NCBI GenBank assembly: GCA_964540865.1
Contig: CAZION010000016.1
Location: forward strand, 2,914 to 66,913
Length of the DNA: 64,000 nucleotides
Reading direction: 5' to 3'
DNA from: an uncultured Victivallis sp.
Lineage (GTDB): Bacteria; Verrucomicrobiota; Lentisphaeria; Victivallales; GWF2-50-93
The position numbers were made by a program, and so were the translations under genes. Every line of letters starts with the position of its first letter. The stretch's first letter is position 1. The notes under the pieces were generated by a model that did no database searches, was not told where the DNA came from, and was given only the letters and a program-made list of their open reading frames with translations. Shown piece by piece: positions 1 through 8,943 of the stretch.

Positions 1-860
1 ACGAACATTCCATACTTCTTAAGTCCTTTGAGGATCGACTGCACATGCGAAGAGAATTTTGAAATGTCGAAATCGGCACGCAGCCGGAACCGCTCGCCCA
101 TGCGTGGCAGATTCGGCTCTGTCTTCTTGCTGGCGAAATGGGTGGCGGGATAGATGTATGCCCGGCGTGAATTTCTCACGGTGAAGCGCATCGCATGTTC
201 CACCATGCCTTTTTCAACCTCGTCGAAGCGGATGATCGCCGGAAAGATTGGAAGACCAGCTGCATCCGACGATGTCCATCCGTCTGGCCGCAGCTTGTTT
301 GACGCCAGGTCGAATGAAGCGGAACAGGAACATTCCCAGCCTGCGTCAGTCTTCCGTCCCTGCCATAACTCGTAAAGCTTGCGGTTCACAGGATCGACAA
401 CGATGACATGCCTGTCGGCATCCTCCACCGCCTTCTGCGCGGATTCAAGCGTTCGCCCGTCCAGAGGCCAGCTCTCGATCGGTGCGTTGTCCGGAATCGG
501 AAACGGCCCCTTGTCGGATTCGTCCGGGTATGCCTTGATTTTAAAATCAACTTTCTTCTGGTTTGCCGGCACCAGGATGAACGACATGTCCAGATTATAG
601 GATATATTCTTGTCGGCGCCGACGTTTGCGATGATCGCTCTGGAGTTCTTGAGCACGGGAAGCCTGGAGATATCCTCGTTCCATGGGTTGTCCGCAGGAA
701 AGACTTGCAGGGCCGCGAGGATCTTGTCTGCCTCCGGGGTGTTGAACATTACAGGTTTTACAATTTCCGGCATCTCGGGTTTATTGGCTGCAAAAGAGAT
801 GGTTGAGATGGCAAGTATGGCAAACAGTAAAAGACAGGCTGACAATTTTGGGCTGTGCAT
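1..860 (-). CDS. secreted hypothetical protein (3' end runs off the window start)
   Basis: Absent from the ORF track because no stop lies inside the window. My reverse-complement translation from ATG 858-860 (RBS GGAGGAG = complement of 867-873) gives MHSPKLSACLLLFAILAISTISFAANKPEMPEIV...FPADNPWNEDISRLPVLKNSRAIIANVGADKNISYNLDMSFILVPANQKKVDFK..., plus ...KGLKKYGMFV at positions 3-60. I checked ~781-860, 541-780 and 1-60 and found no stops. It has an N-terminal signal peptide. The four overlapping + strand ORFs here look like antisense artefacts. Confidence 0.7.
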   Translation of the reverse strand, partial: MHSPKLSACLLLFAILAISTISFAANKPEMPEIVKPVMFNTPEADKILAALQVFPADNPWNEDISRLPVLKNSRAIIANVGADKNISYNLDMSFILVPANQKKVDFKIKAYPDESDKGPFPIPDNAPIESWPLDGRTLESAQKAVEDADRHVIVVDPVNRKLYELWQGRKTDAGWECSCSASFDLASNKLRPDGWTSSDAAGLPIFPAIIRFDEVEKGMVEHAMRFTVRNSRRAYIYPATHFASKKTEPNLPRMGERFRLRADFDISKFSSHVQSILKGLKKYGMF

Positions 861-917
861 CTTAGGCTCCTCCTTGACTTAATCACTATGCACTGATTGC
901 AAAACTCTCGTTTTGCG

Positions 918-994
918 AGAAGTCAGGAGACAGAAGTCAGAATTAAACTTGAGCTCAAATCCAAATTTATTCTGACTACTGAACTCTGACTACT
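918..994. repeat. intergenic hairpin element A (word-duplicated arms, TTGAGCTCAA core)
   Basis: The left arm holds the 9-mer AGAAGTCAG twice (918-926, 932-940). The right arm holds TCTGACTACT twice (971-980, 985-994), and each pairs 8/9 with the left words. The loop contains the perfect palindrome TTGAGCTCAA (949-958). A small hairpin TCTCG/CGAGA (906-920) lies next to it. Confidence 0.7.
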
Positions 995-1112
995 TTTGAA
1001 ATTGGCTCACTATATAATGAAAGATAGTCTGAAGAACAGGAATTATCAAGAACCTTTTATACTCCACCCGCGCAGCTAGGCTGGGAACATTTCCGGTGGC
1101 ATACATCCTCCA

Positions 1113-1436
1113 TCATCTGACTCCAGGGCACGGTTCTCCAGGATTATTCCATTCATGCGGGTAGGTTCGGCACTGCAAAGGACGGTGTTCGTATATTCTG
1201 CATCCGGATGGTGAAGCAATATGGAACGGGCAGCTGCCGTCTTCATTCTCAGTCAGGGAAACACCGTCATCGTCGCCGGGCATAGTCATATTTTCATAAA
1301 ATTCGGATAAATCCATCCCTATTGAACAAGCTATGTCCTCCGCTTCCTTTTCGGATATATTGACATATCCATGCCATCTGCAGCACTGGCCGCAGCGGAG
1401 GCAGGTGAAGTCAGATTTATTTTGGGAAGGGATCAT
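1113..1436 (-). CDS. YkgJ-family cysteine-cluster protein (UPF0153)
   Basis: The 107 aa ORF has CLRCGQCCRWHGY near the N-terminus, then CPF...GCRIYEHRPLQCRTYP. This is the typical CxxCGxCC and C-x-IY-x-RP-x-x-CR-x-YP pattern. Confidence 0.75.
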   Translation of the reverse strand: MIPSQNKSDFTCLRCGQCCRWHGYVNISEKEAEDIACSIGMDLSEFYENMTMPGDDDGVSLTENEDGSCPFHIASPSGCRIYEHRPLQCRTYPHEWNNPGEPCPGVR

Positions 1437-1485
1437 AGTGAACCGAAAGATGTTACCTGGAGGCTTCCGCCTTAATATTTTCGCC

Positions 1486-2646
1486 TTATTGGCTCGTTCC
1501 GTTGCTTGTATGCCCGATAAACTTTATCGCACTGAGAATGATTTCCTCATCCAGTTCGTTGACTTCTATCTTCCTGCCGAGTCCGTTTGGAAGCGTGACA
1601 TGGAGTTCACCGCCGAGATGCTCTCGGAATTCCCGGATGCCGGAAAGTATTTCAGGGCGACCGTTTTTTCCCTTCTTCAATAGAAGATCCGACCATAGAA
1701 GGAAGCCGATTTTTTTCAAAGAAACTGTAAGCGAGTTAAAGTCTTTTTTCTGAAGAAGCCCTTTTTCGACCGCGTAGAAAGAGTCAAGCACAAGCCCGAT
1801 TGCGACAGCCTCGCCATGACGGATTTTGCCACCGCTCATCATTTCGAGTTTGTGGGCGGACCAATGCCCGAAATCTAGGGGGCGCGCGCTCCCGAACTCA
1901 AACGGGTCTCCGCCTTTCTCAATGTGCCTGACATGGAGTTCTGCACAGCGATTCACCATTTTTCCCATCGCTGTCTTATCTCTTGCCTTGAATCTATCGG
2001 CGCGCCTGCAAAGCCAGTGGAAGAATTTCGCATCCTTTATCATAGCCACCTTGAATGCTTCGGCAACACCTGAAATCCAATCCCTCTGTTCAAGAGTGTC
2101 TAGAAAATTGAAATCATTGATTACAGCGAACGGCGGGGTGAAAGTGCCGATGAAGTTTTTCATGCCATACATGTTGATCCCGTTTTTGACACCTACACCT
2201 GAATCGTTCTGAGCGAGTACGGTAGTTGGGATCCGGATCTGCCGGATTCCCCGGTGTACTATTGAAGAGGCAAAACCAACGGTGTCAAGAAACGCCCCTC
2301 CACCTATAATACATATAAAGGACTGCCGACAGAGATGGCTGCCCGCCAGAATTCCGCACAGTTTTTCGACTAGTTTGAAGTTTTTCCCAGCTTCGCCTCC
2401 GGATATTACGACCGGAGTTGAAACCAGGGAGATGTTTTTTTCCGCTCCGAAGTAGTCAGAGATCTCATCTAAAATCTCAGGATAAAGGGAGGCTATGCTC
2501 TTTTCCAGAAAAACCAATACTTCATGCCGGCGCTTCCTCTCCCGGGAAATTATGATGTTTTTCAATACATGATTGCCTTGAGAGAAAACAGCCCTGGTGA
2601 AATGTACTTCATAGGCGTATCTGACATTTATTTTGGCTGCAAGCAT
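1486..2646 (-). CDS. 3-dehydroquinate synthase family protein (sugar-phosphate cyclase superfamily, exact activity unclear)
   Basis: The 386 aa ORF has GGGAFLDTVGFASSIVHRGIRQIRIPTTVLAQNDSGVGVKNGIN, matching the DHQS NAD/metal-binding core (GGGxxxDxxGF...PTT..AQxDSxxGxKxGxN). It also has HGEAVAIG. RBS AAGGGA lies upstream. Confidence 0.7.
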   Translation of the reverse strand: MLAAKINVRYAYEVHFTRAVFSQGNHVLKNIIISRERKRRHEVLVFLEKSIASLYPEILDEISDYFGAEKNISLVSTPVVISGGEAGKNFKLVEKLCGILAGSHLCRQSFICIIGGGAFLDTVGFASSIVHRGIRQIRIPTTVLAQNDSGVGVKNGINMYGMKNFIGTFTPPFAVINDFNFLDTLEQRDWISGVAEAFKVAMIKDAKFFHWLCRRADRFKARDKTAMGKMVNRCAELHVRHIEKGGDPFEFGSARPLDFGHWSAHKLEMMSGGKIRHGEAVAIGLVLDSFYAVEKGLLQKKDFNSLTVSLKKIGFLLWSDLLLKKGKNGRPEILSGIREFREHLGGELHVTLPNGLGRKIEVNELDEEIILSAIKFIGHTSNGTSQ

Positions 2647-2784
2647 ATTTTCGATCCCTTTTAATATATTTTTTATTCAGCAGGGCGGAATAAAAATATT
2701 TGCAAAGAATATAATTCATGTTAGATTTTTTTCCCGTTCCAATACTGCAACTCAAAAGAACAAAAGCAAAGGCAAAGAAGCGAA

Positions 2785-3195
2785 ATGACAAAATTATCCA
2801 TAAAGATATTATGCCCGCTATTATTGATATTGACGGCTGTAATCCTGATATCCGGTTGTTTCAGAAAAGACAACAACAGCCGGACAATTGCAGAGCTGGT
2901 TGAACATTTGAACAAAAGCGGCCTGACTATAGAATCGGCAACCCCCACCCTTCCTGAAATGATACTCGCCCAGGACGGGATATTCGTCAGGATAAGCGGC
3001 AAAGATGTCCAACTTTTCAAATATGACACCAGGATAAAGAAACAGCAGGAAAAACTCGACAAGATCGCCAGCAACGGGAAAATCACGATCCTCAGCGTTG
3101 ATTTCCCGGCAATGACCAACGGCTCGTTCATAATGCTCAATTACAAGGGGAACCCCGACGAAGCCAAGATAGTGGAGGCCTTCGATAGTTTCTGA
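2785..3195 (+). CDS. lipoprotein, unknown function
   Basis: The 136 aa ORF has a signal peptide ending in the lipobox LISGC (MTKLSIKILCPLLLILTAVILISGC). The overlapping - strand ORFs 2721..3140 and 2821..3012 were rejected. Confidence 0.6.
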   Translation: MTKLSIKILCPLLLILTAVILISGCFRKDNNSRTIAELVEHLNKSGLTIESATPTLPEMILAQDGIFVRISGKDVQLFKYDTRIKKQQEKLDKIASNGKITILSVDFPAMTNGSFIMLNYKGNPDEAKIVEAFDSF

Positions 3196-3295
3196 ATACT
3201 TTTAAATTATCTTTGTATTTTAACAAACCGGATTTAGTTTACGCAGTTTGTTTTTTCCGTAAAATTAACCATTAAAATAAAGAAAGAAGGAAACT

Positions 3296-6028
3296 ATGGC
3301 AAAGAAGAAATTTGTTTATTTTTTCGGCAAGGGAAAGTCCGAAGGAAAAGCTGACATGAAGGCGCTGCTCGGTGGAAAAGGTGCGAATCTCGCAGAAATG
3401 GCAAGGATGGGCCTTCCAGTACCAGCCGGCTTCACAATCACAACCGAATGCTGTGTCGACTACTTCAAACTCGGAATGAAATATCCCGTCGAACTCAAGG
3501 CGGAAGTCAATGCCGCCCTTGCAAGGACGGAAAAAGAGATGGGGATGAAGTTCGGCGACGCCAACAACCCGCTCCTCGTGTCATGCCGTTCCGGCGCACG
3601 CAATTCGATGCCGGGAATGATGGAGACCGTGCTCAACGTCGGCCTCTGCTCGAAAACAATCCCAGGCCTTGTGAAAAAGACCAATAACGAACGCTTTGTC
3701 TACGACGCATACCGCCGCCTTATCATGATGTACTCCGATGTAGTCATGGAAAAGTCCGAAGGAATCGAAGTCGCCGAAGGCAAAGGCATCCGCAAACAGC
3801 TTGACGGAATCCTCGACGAACTCAAACACAAGAAGGGCTACAAATCCGACACCGACCTTCCCGTCGAAGACCTTAAAATCATCTGTGAAGCGTTCAAGAA
3901 GCGCGTCAAGGACGTCCTCAAGAAACCTTTCCCTGATGACGCCATGGAACAGCTCTGGGGCGGAGTCGGCGCAGTTTTCAAAAGCTGGAACGGAAAGAAA
4001 GCCGTTTCATACCGCAGGATCGAAGGCATTCCTGACGAATGGGGTACCGCAGTAAACGTACAGTCGATGGTGTTCGGAAACATGGGTGACACCTCGGCAA
4101 CAGGCGTTGCATTCACAAGGAATCCGGCCACGGGCGACAATCACTTCTACGGTGAATGGCTCGTAAACGCACAGGGTGAAGACGTAGTCGCAGGAACAAG
4201 GACGCCAAACCCCTTGAACGACGACACAAAGAACGAGCAGAACAAACAGCTCGTATCACTCCAGAAGGCCATGCCGAAGACCTACAAGGAACTCTACGAT
4301 ATCCGCTGCAGACTTGAAAAGCATTACAAGGATATGCTCGATATCGAATTCACAATCCAGGAAAGCGTCCTCTACATGCTCCAGTGCCGCGTCGGAAAAC
4401 GCACGGGAACAGCCGCCCTCAATATGGCGATGGACATGCTCAAAGAGAAAATGATCACTGAGAAAGATGCTGTAACACGCGTTTCTCCGGATCAGCTCGA
4501 TGAACTCCTCCACCCGATCGTGGATCCAAAGGCCGAAGCGAAAGTCAAGCCCCTTGTCAAAGGACTCCCTGCCGGACCCGGCGGAGCCTGCGGCGAAATC
4601 GTCTTCACATCTGAAGACGCCGTTGAAAAGGCGAAAAAAGGCGTAAAGACAATCCTCGTCCGCGAAGAGACGAATCCTGAGGACGTGGAAGGCATGCGCG
4701 CCGCACAGGGCATCCTCACCGCCCGCGGCGGTATGACAAGTCATGCCGCACTCGTTTGCCGCGGCTGGGGAAAATGCTGTATCGTAGGCGCATCCGACAT
4801 CGACGTGAATGTCCATGCAAAAACAATGAAAATCGGCAACCAGTCATTCAAGGCCGGCGACATCATCACCATGAACGGAACAAAGGGATACGCATATTCC
4901 GGCGCTCTGGACATGATGGAAGCTACCGAAAATCCGAGATTCAAAAAGTTCATGGCTATTGTTGACAAATTCCGTGAAATGGGAGTCAGGACCAATGCCG
5001 ACACACCTGAAGATGCCGCGATTGCGTATAATTACGGCGCAGAAGGCATCGGACTGTTCCGTACCGAGCACATGTTCTACGGCGTTGGCAGCGAGAAACC
5101 ACTCTTCTTCCTCCGCAAGATGATTCTCAGCAACACCCTTGAAGAGCGCAAAAAAGCACTCAACGAACTTTATCCTTTTGTAAAGAAGGATATCAAGGCG
5201 ACACTTGCTGCGATGAAAGGGCTGCCGGTCACATTCCGTCTCCTCGATCCGCCACTCCACGAGTTCGTGCCACAAGGCGCGGAAAAACAGAACGAACTGG
5301 CTATAGCCCTCGGAATCACACGCGATGCAATCCAGAAGCGTGGCGACAGCCTTCACGAATCCAACCCCATGATGGGACACCGCGGTGTCCGTCTCGGTGT
5401 CAGCTATCCTGAAGTGAGCGAAATGCAGATCCGTGCAATCTTCGAATCCGCACTCGAGCTGAAGAAGGAAAAGGGAATCGCATGCAAACCTGAAATCATG
5501 GTTCCGGTGACATGCGACGTCAAGGAACTCAAACACCAGCGCGTGATTGTCGACAGGGTCGCCGCTGAAGTCTGCAAGAAATTCAATGTCAAGAAAATTG
5601 AATTCCTCTACGGGACAATGATCGAGATCCCGCGCGCCGCGATTCTCGCCGCAAAAATGGCGGAAGATGCGGACTTCTTCTCGTTCGGGACAAACGACCT
5701 GACACAGATGACATTCGGATTCAGCCGCGACGATATCGGCGGATTCATGAATGACTATCTTGACCAGAAGATACTTGATGTGGATCCCTTCCAGACAATT
5801 GACCAGGACGGCGTCGGCTTCCTGATCAAACACGCAGTTGTGGAAGGTCGCAAGACGAAATCGAAACTCAAGATCGGAATCTGCGGTGAACAGGGTGGAG
5901 AACCCAAGTCAGTCGCATTCTGCTACAAGCATGGACTGGACTACGTTTCATGCAGTCCGTTCCGCGTTCCGATTGCAAGACTGGCCGCCGCACAGGCAGC
6001 CATCAAGGCAAAAGCCGCAAAGAAATAA
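3296..6028 (+). CDS. ppdK: pyruvate, phosphate dikinase
   Basis: The 910 aa ORF has KALLGGKGANLAEMARMGLPVPAGFTITTE, the phosphohistidine loop TARGGMTSHAALVCRGWGKCCIVG, and the PEP-utilizing C-terminal segments GLFRTEHMF and SFGTNDLTQM. RBS GAAGGAAA lies upstream. Confidence 0.97.
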   Translation: MAKKKFVYFFGKGKSEGKADMKALLGGKGANLAEMARMGLPVPAGFTITTECCVDYFKLGMKYPVELKAEVNAALARTEKEMGMKFGDANNPLLVSCRSGARNSMPGMMETVLNVGLCSKTIPGLVKKTNNERFVYDAYRRLIMMYSDVVMEKSEGIEVAEGKGIRKQLDGILDELKHKKGYKSDTDLPVEDLKIICEAFKKRVKDVLKKPFPDDAMEQLWGGVGAVFKSWNGKKAVSYRRIEGIPDEWGTAVNVQSMVFGNMGDTSATGVAFTRNPATGDNHFYGEWLVNAQGEDVVAGTRTPNPLNDDTKNEQNKQLVSLQKAMPKTYKELYDIRCRLEKHYKDMLDIEFTIQESVLYMLQCRVGKRTGTAALNMAMDMLKEKMITEKDAVTRVSPDQLDELLHPIVDPKAEAKVKPLVKGLPAGPGGACGEIVFTSEDAVEKAKKGVKTILVREETNPEDVEGMRAAQGILTARGGMTSHAALVCRGWGKCCIVGASDIDVNVHAKTMKIGNQSFKAGDIITMNGTKGYAYSGALDMMEATENPRFKKFMAIVDKFREMGVRTNADTPEDAAIAYNYGAEGIGLFRTEHMFYGVGSEKPLFFLRKMILSNTLEERKKALNELYPFVKKDIKATLAAMKGLPVTFRLLDPPLHEFVPQGAEKQNELAIALGITRDAIQKRGDSLHESNPMMGHRGVRLGVSYPEVSEMQIRAIFESALELKKEKGIACKPEIMVPVTCDVKELKHQRVIVDRVAAEVCKKFNVKKIEFLYGTMIEIPRAAILAAKMAEDADFFSFGTNDLTQMTFGFSRDDIGGFMNDYLDQKILDVDPFQTIDQDGVGFLIKHAVVEGRKTKSKLKIGICGEQGGEPKSVAFCYKHGLDYVSCSPFRVPIARLAAAQAAIKAKAAKK

Positions 6029-6051
6029 TCTTTGCGAAATAAAAAAATCCA

Positions 6052-6082
6052 GGGGCGCAGTAAAATGCGCCCCTTTTTTTTT
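6052..6082 (+). terminator. rho-independent terminator after ppdK
   Basis: GGGGCGCA (6052-6059), loop GTAAAA, TGCGCCCC (6066-6073), then a T9 run. An A7 run upstream could make it bidirectional. Confidence 0.85.
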
Positions 6083-6249
6083 ACAAGGTAGGCCGGGCAT
6101 TCCTGCCTGTTCATTTAATTGCTTGAAAGCCCTCCCTCCCTCGGTTTTGCAGTATTTATTGTGAATTACACATAAACACGTTCGGAAAAAGACGCCAATT
6201 GAAGTTTAATTATCGGGAATTACATTATTCTAAAATTCTGGAGGTTCCA

Positions 6250-6474
6250 ATGACAGTCTTATTGCAGGAAGTGGAAGACAAGGCATTTAGCCTCTCCTTG
6301 CCGGAAAGAGGGCAGCTAATTCACGATTTGATTATCAATATAGACGGGGAGAATCAATTTTCCGGCGATTTCGAGATGGAGATTCAGAAAAGAATCAAGA
6401 AGATAAAGTCTGGCAAAGCAGTCGGAATACCTGCCGAGGATGTATTTTCCAGGATAGAGGCAAAATACAGATGA
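6250..6474 (+). CDS. addiction-module antitoxin (Unstab_antitox / TIGR02574-like)
   Basis: The track ORF starts at TTG 6199. I prefer ATG 6250, which sits behind GGAGG. The product MTVLLQEVEDKAFSLSLPERGQLIHDLI...IQKRIKKIKSGKAVGIPAEDVFSRIE matches the pattern of this antitoxin family. Its stop overlaps the toxin start (ATGA). Confidence 0.7.
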   Translation: MTVLLQEVEDKAFSLSLPERGQLIHDLIINIDGENQFSGDFEMEIQKRIKKIKSGKAVGIPAEDVFSRIEAKYR

Positions 6475-6794
6475 CAAAGGTGCGCTTTCTGGAAGAGGCG
6501 GATCTTGAACTCTCAAAAGCTGTCGATTACTATGAACAAATATATTCCGGGCTGGGGCTAGATTTTGAACGGGAAGTAAAAGAAAATATATTTAAAATTG
6601 CGGAAAACCCCGGGAGATGGTCATTAACGGATGATGGAACAAGAAGATTCTCAACGAAAAGATTCCCATACCGAATAGTTTATCTCCTTCATGAAGATGT
6701 CATTTGGATTGTCGCTGTTGCTCACCATAGAAGATTCCCTGAATACTGGAAAGAAAGATTAAAATCCGAACTAACAGATTCACACTGCCCGTAA
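6471..6794 (+). CDS. type II toxin, RelE/ParE family
   Basis: The 107 aa ORF has FLEEADLELSKAVDYYE...FPYRIVYLLHEDVIWIVAVAHHRR, the typical ParE/RelE plasmid-stabilisation fold signature. It overlaps the upstream antitoxin by 4 nt. Confidence 0.8.
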   Translation: MTKVRFLEEADLELSKAVDYYEQIYSGLGLDFEREVKENIFKIAENPGRWSLTDDGTRRFSTKRFPYRIVYLLHEDVIWIVAVAHHRRFPEYWKERLKSELTDSHCP

Positions 6795-6834
6795 ATAATC
6801 GCAGGGCGATTTGATTCATGGCGTTGGACTAAAA

Positions 6835-7212
6835 ATGACAGAAATACTCATAACCTTAATTGTTATTGGAGCACTGACAGTGATTATGCTGTTAGTCAGG
6901 TGGCTCATTCGACTTCCCGTCATACCAGATCCATGGGATAAAGAAATTGATAAACAGGAATTGGATGATAGTTCGACTCCTATTTGCTTGAACTGTACAA
7001 AACCTGTCGAAAATCCCAATCAGCATTATTGCCCTCATTGTGGAAATGTAACAGGTGAATACACAAGATATATCCCATTTGTAGACATCCAGTTTAATTA
7101 CTCTATAGAAATATTCTCGCACAAAGGCACAACGTCGCAAAGGAATAAAGGTAAGAAAAAGTTTTCGGAAAAGAGTCTGAGAAAGAATCCGTTTTCAAAA
7201 GGGTTTGTCTAA
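6835..7212 (+). CDS. small membrane-anchored zinc-ribbon protein
   Basis: It has an N-terminal TM helix (ILITLIVIGALTVIMLLV), then CLNCTKPV...YCPHCGN. The basic low-complexity tail (SQRNKGKKKFSEKSLRKNPF) could indicate truncation. The start is ambiguous (6811 or 6835). Confidence 0.45.
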   Translation: MTEILITLIVIGALTVIMLLVRWLIRLPVIPDPWDKEIDKQELDDSSTPICLNCTKPVENPNQHYCPHCGNVTGEYTRYIPFVDIQFNYSIEIFSHKGTTSQRNKGKKKFSEKSLRKNPFSKGFV

Positions 7213-7376
7213 ACCGAGCAATAAGCAAGGGGAAACTAAGATTGATATCTCTCTTCGTGCCCTTCGCTTCTTCGCGGTGAAAAAGTTCCCGACGCCTTTG
7301 GGCCGGGATCTTCGACTTTGTGACTGTGTGCCTCTGTGAGAGGATAAAGGCTTTAGAATTTCACCCAGTTCGATAA

Positions 7377-8090
7377 TTACTTCAACGCCTTGCGCTGGAG
7401 CTCGAAAAGTTTTTTAATCCCCTTCTCTGCGGCCCTTCTCATTGCATCCAGTTCTTTTTTGGAAAATGTGCTTTCCTCGCCGGTGGCCTGGATTTCAACA
7501 ATGCGCCCATTGTCAGTCATAACAAGATTCATATCTACATCCGCACTTGAATCCTCTTCATAGCAGAGATCCAGGAGGACTTCCCCCTTGAAAATCCCGA
7601 CGCTTACGGCAGCGATGTTGGATTTTACCGGATTCGCTTGAAGTTTTCCGTCTTTGATGAGCTTCTTGATTGCCATCTGGAGGGCGACCATTCCGCCCGT
7701 GATAGAGGCGCAACGCGTTCCGCCGTCGGCATCAATCACTTCGCAATCTATGTAGATTGTACGAGGGCCAAGCTTTTCGAGGTCAACTGCACCCCGGAGG
7801 CTTCTTCCGATGAGACGCTGGATTTCCTGGGTGCGTCCGCTGGGATGACTGGTCTCCCGCCTGCTTCTGTCATGGGTTGAAGCCGGAATCATCTGATACT
7901 CACCTGTTATCCATCCTCCGCTTACTTTCTGAGCCCTCATCCATGAGGGGACTTCCTCCAGGACGCTTGCCGAACAGATGACCCTTGTGTTGCCGAATTC
8001 GATCAAGGCAGAGCCTGCAGGATGCTTTAAAAAACCCGGAGTGATTTTAACAGGTCTGAGCTGCCCGGCTTTTCTTCCATCGATTCTCAT
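7377..8090 (-). CDS. rph: ribonuclease PH
   Basis: The 237 aa ORF has MRIDGRKAGQLRPVKITPGFLKHPAGSALIEFGNTRVICSASV and DCEVIDADGGTRCASITGG, which are canonical RNase PH motifs. Confidence 0.95.
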   Translation of the reverse strand: MRIDGRKAGQLRPVKITPGFLKHPAGSALIEFGNTRVICSASVLEEVPSWMRAQKVSGGWITGEYQMIPASTHDRSRRETSHPSGRTQEIQRLIGRSLRGAVDLEKLGPRTIYIDCEVIDADGGTRCASITGGMVALQMAIKKLIKDGKLQANPVKSNIAAVSVGIFKGEVLLDLCYEEDSSADVDMNLVMTDNGRIVEIQATGEESTFSKKELDAMRRAAEKGIKKLFELQRKALK

Positions 8091-8177
8091 GGTATATTCC
8101 TCTTGGTAAGTTTAAATTTCCATAAAAAATGCTATAATTACAATTTAACCGGAAAACAAAGACTCTTAAAGCTCCCA

Positions 8178-8930
8178 ATGCATAAAACATATTTAATATT
8201 CTGTTATTCTGCTGTTTTAATCTTTTCATGCTCCATTTCGGGTGGCTGCTCAAAAAAAACGGATGTGCCTGAACCGCCTACATCCCATTCAGAGCTTGTC
8301 CTCAACCTGTTTTCAGCACTTAATAAAAAAGATCACAACTCGGCGCTCGGCAAAGTTGAACGCCTGAGGAAACTTGATTCCGGCAATATTTTCCTGGCCA
8401 ACCTGGAATTGAAGGAAAAAAACAATGCGATGATCGCCGAAATTCAGAATCTCCTTAACAACGGCAAGATAGAGGAAGCCATTAATCTGACCAATGACAC
8501 CATTATGAAACGCGGTAAAAATGAAGATTTCGTTTCCATACAGAATGAACTTCAGGTTATAAAACAGTTGAATGACACCATTATCGCACTGAACGATCCA
8601 TCAAGTTCGACACGGCTCGCCAGAAACGCCGCAAAGCTAAAAGCCATAGCATCAAGGTATAAGCCGGCTGAAATTTTCCTGCCATACGCAAACGAGAAAC
8701 TGGCTCTCGCAAAAAAGCTTTTCAGCAGTGAAAAGACAAAGGCAGTTGAAGATCTGGCACTGGAGATAACAGGACTCATGTCTAAAAAAGACCCTAAAGC
8801 AGCTAATGTCATAGCTGTTCTTGCAATAGAAAATCCAGAACATCCTGTAATTATGTGCTATATGGATTATATTAATAGTTTACCAGTCAAGACTCCATTA
8901 AGTATTGAAAAACCTAAATTAAAAAAATAG
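8178..8930 (+). CDS. lipoprotein, helical, unknown function
   Basis: I prefer the internal ATG at 8178. It gives MHKTYLIFCYSAVLIFSCSISGGCSKK (signal peptide plus lipobox). The rest is helix-rich. No recognisable family. Confidence 0.55.
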   Translation: MHKTYLIFCYSAVLIFSCSISGGCSKKTDVPEPPTSHSELVLNLFSALNKKDHNSALGKVERLRKLDSGNIFLANLELKEKNNAMIAEIQNLLNNGKIEEAINLTNDTIMKRGKNEDFVSIQNELQVIKQLNDTIIALNDPSSSTRLARNAAKLKAIASRYKPAEIFLPYANEKLALAKKLFSSEKTKAVEDLALEITGLMSKKDPKAANVIAVLAIENPEHPVIMCYMDYINSLPVKTPLSIEKPKLKK

Positions 8931-8943
8931 AGAAGGTGGGAAG

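Noticed and set aside
154-882. Four overlapping + strand ORFs at the window start (154..375, 379..600, 408..806, 610..882).
   Set aside because: The - strand carries one uninterrupted frame over the stretches I translated (541-860 and 1-60), starting from an RBS-preceded ATG at 860. Its product has a signal peptide and looks protein-like. The + strand ORFs are mutually overlapping fragments.
2721-3140. The 139-aa - strand ORF overlapping the 2785..3195 lipoprotein gene.
   Set aside because: The + strand ORF has a textbook signal peptide and lipobox, and a sensible start. The - strand product is hydrophobic and low-complexity with no start context.
4844-5833. Long antisense ORFs inside strongly supported genes. 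Examples are 4844..5833(-) in ppdK, 23229..23912(+) in the GRE, 59979..60716(-) and 59373..59912(-) in the large secreted protein gene, 42852..43664(+) across the PPIase/ATPase genes, and 8959..9615(-) and 9952..10494(-).
   Set aside because: Their translations are low-complexity or Cys/Arg/Ser-rich with no motifs. They lie fully opposite genes with unmistakable homology, and they lack an RBS. This is the usual antisense open frame in codon-biased genes.
7213-7376. CTTCG-rich word repeats and small hairpins (for example CCTCT-GTG-AGAGG) between the convergent zinc-ribbon gene and rph, considered as a fifth member of the hairpin-element family.
   Set aside because: There is no TTGARYTCAA core, and I could not find a clear long inverted arm pair by eye. 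Only a 12-mer is shared with the 26.2 kb region. That is too weak to call.
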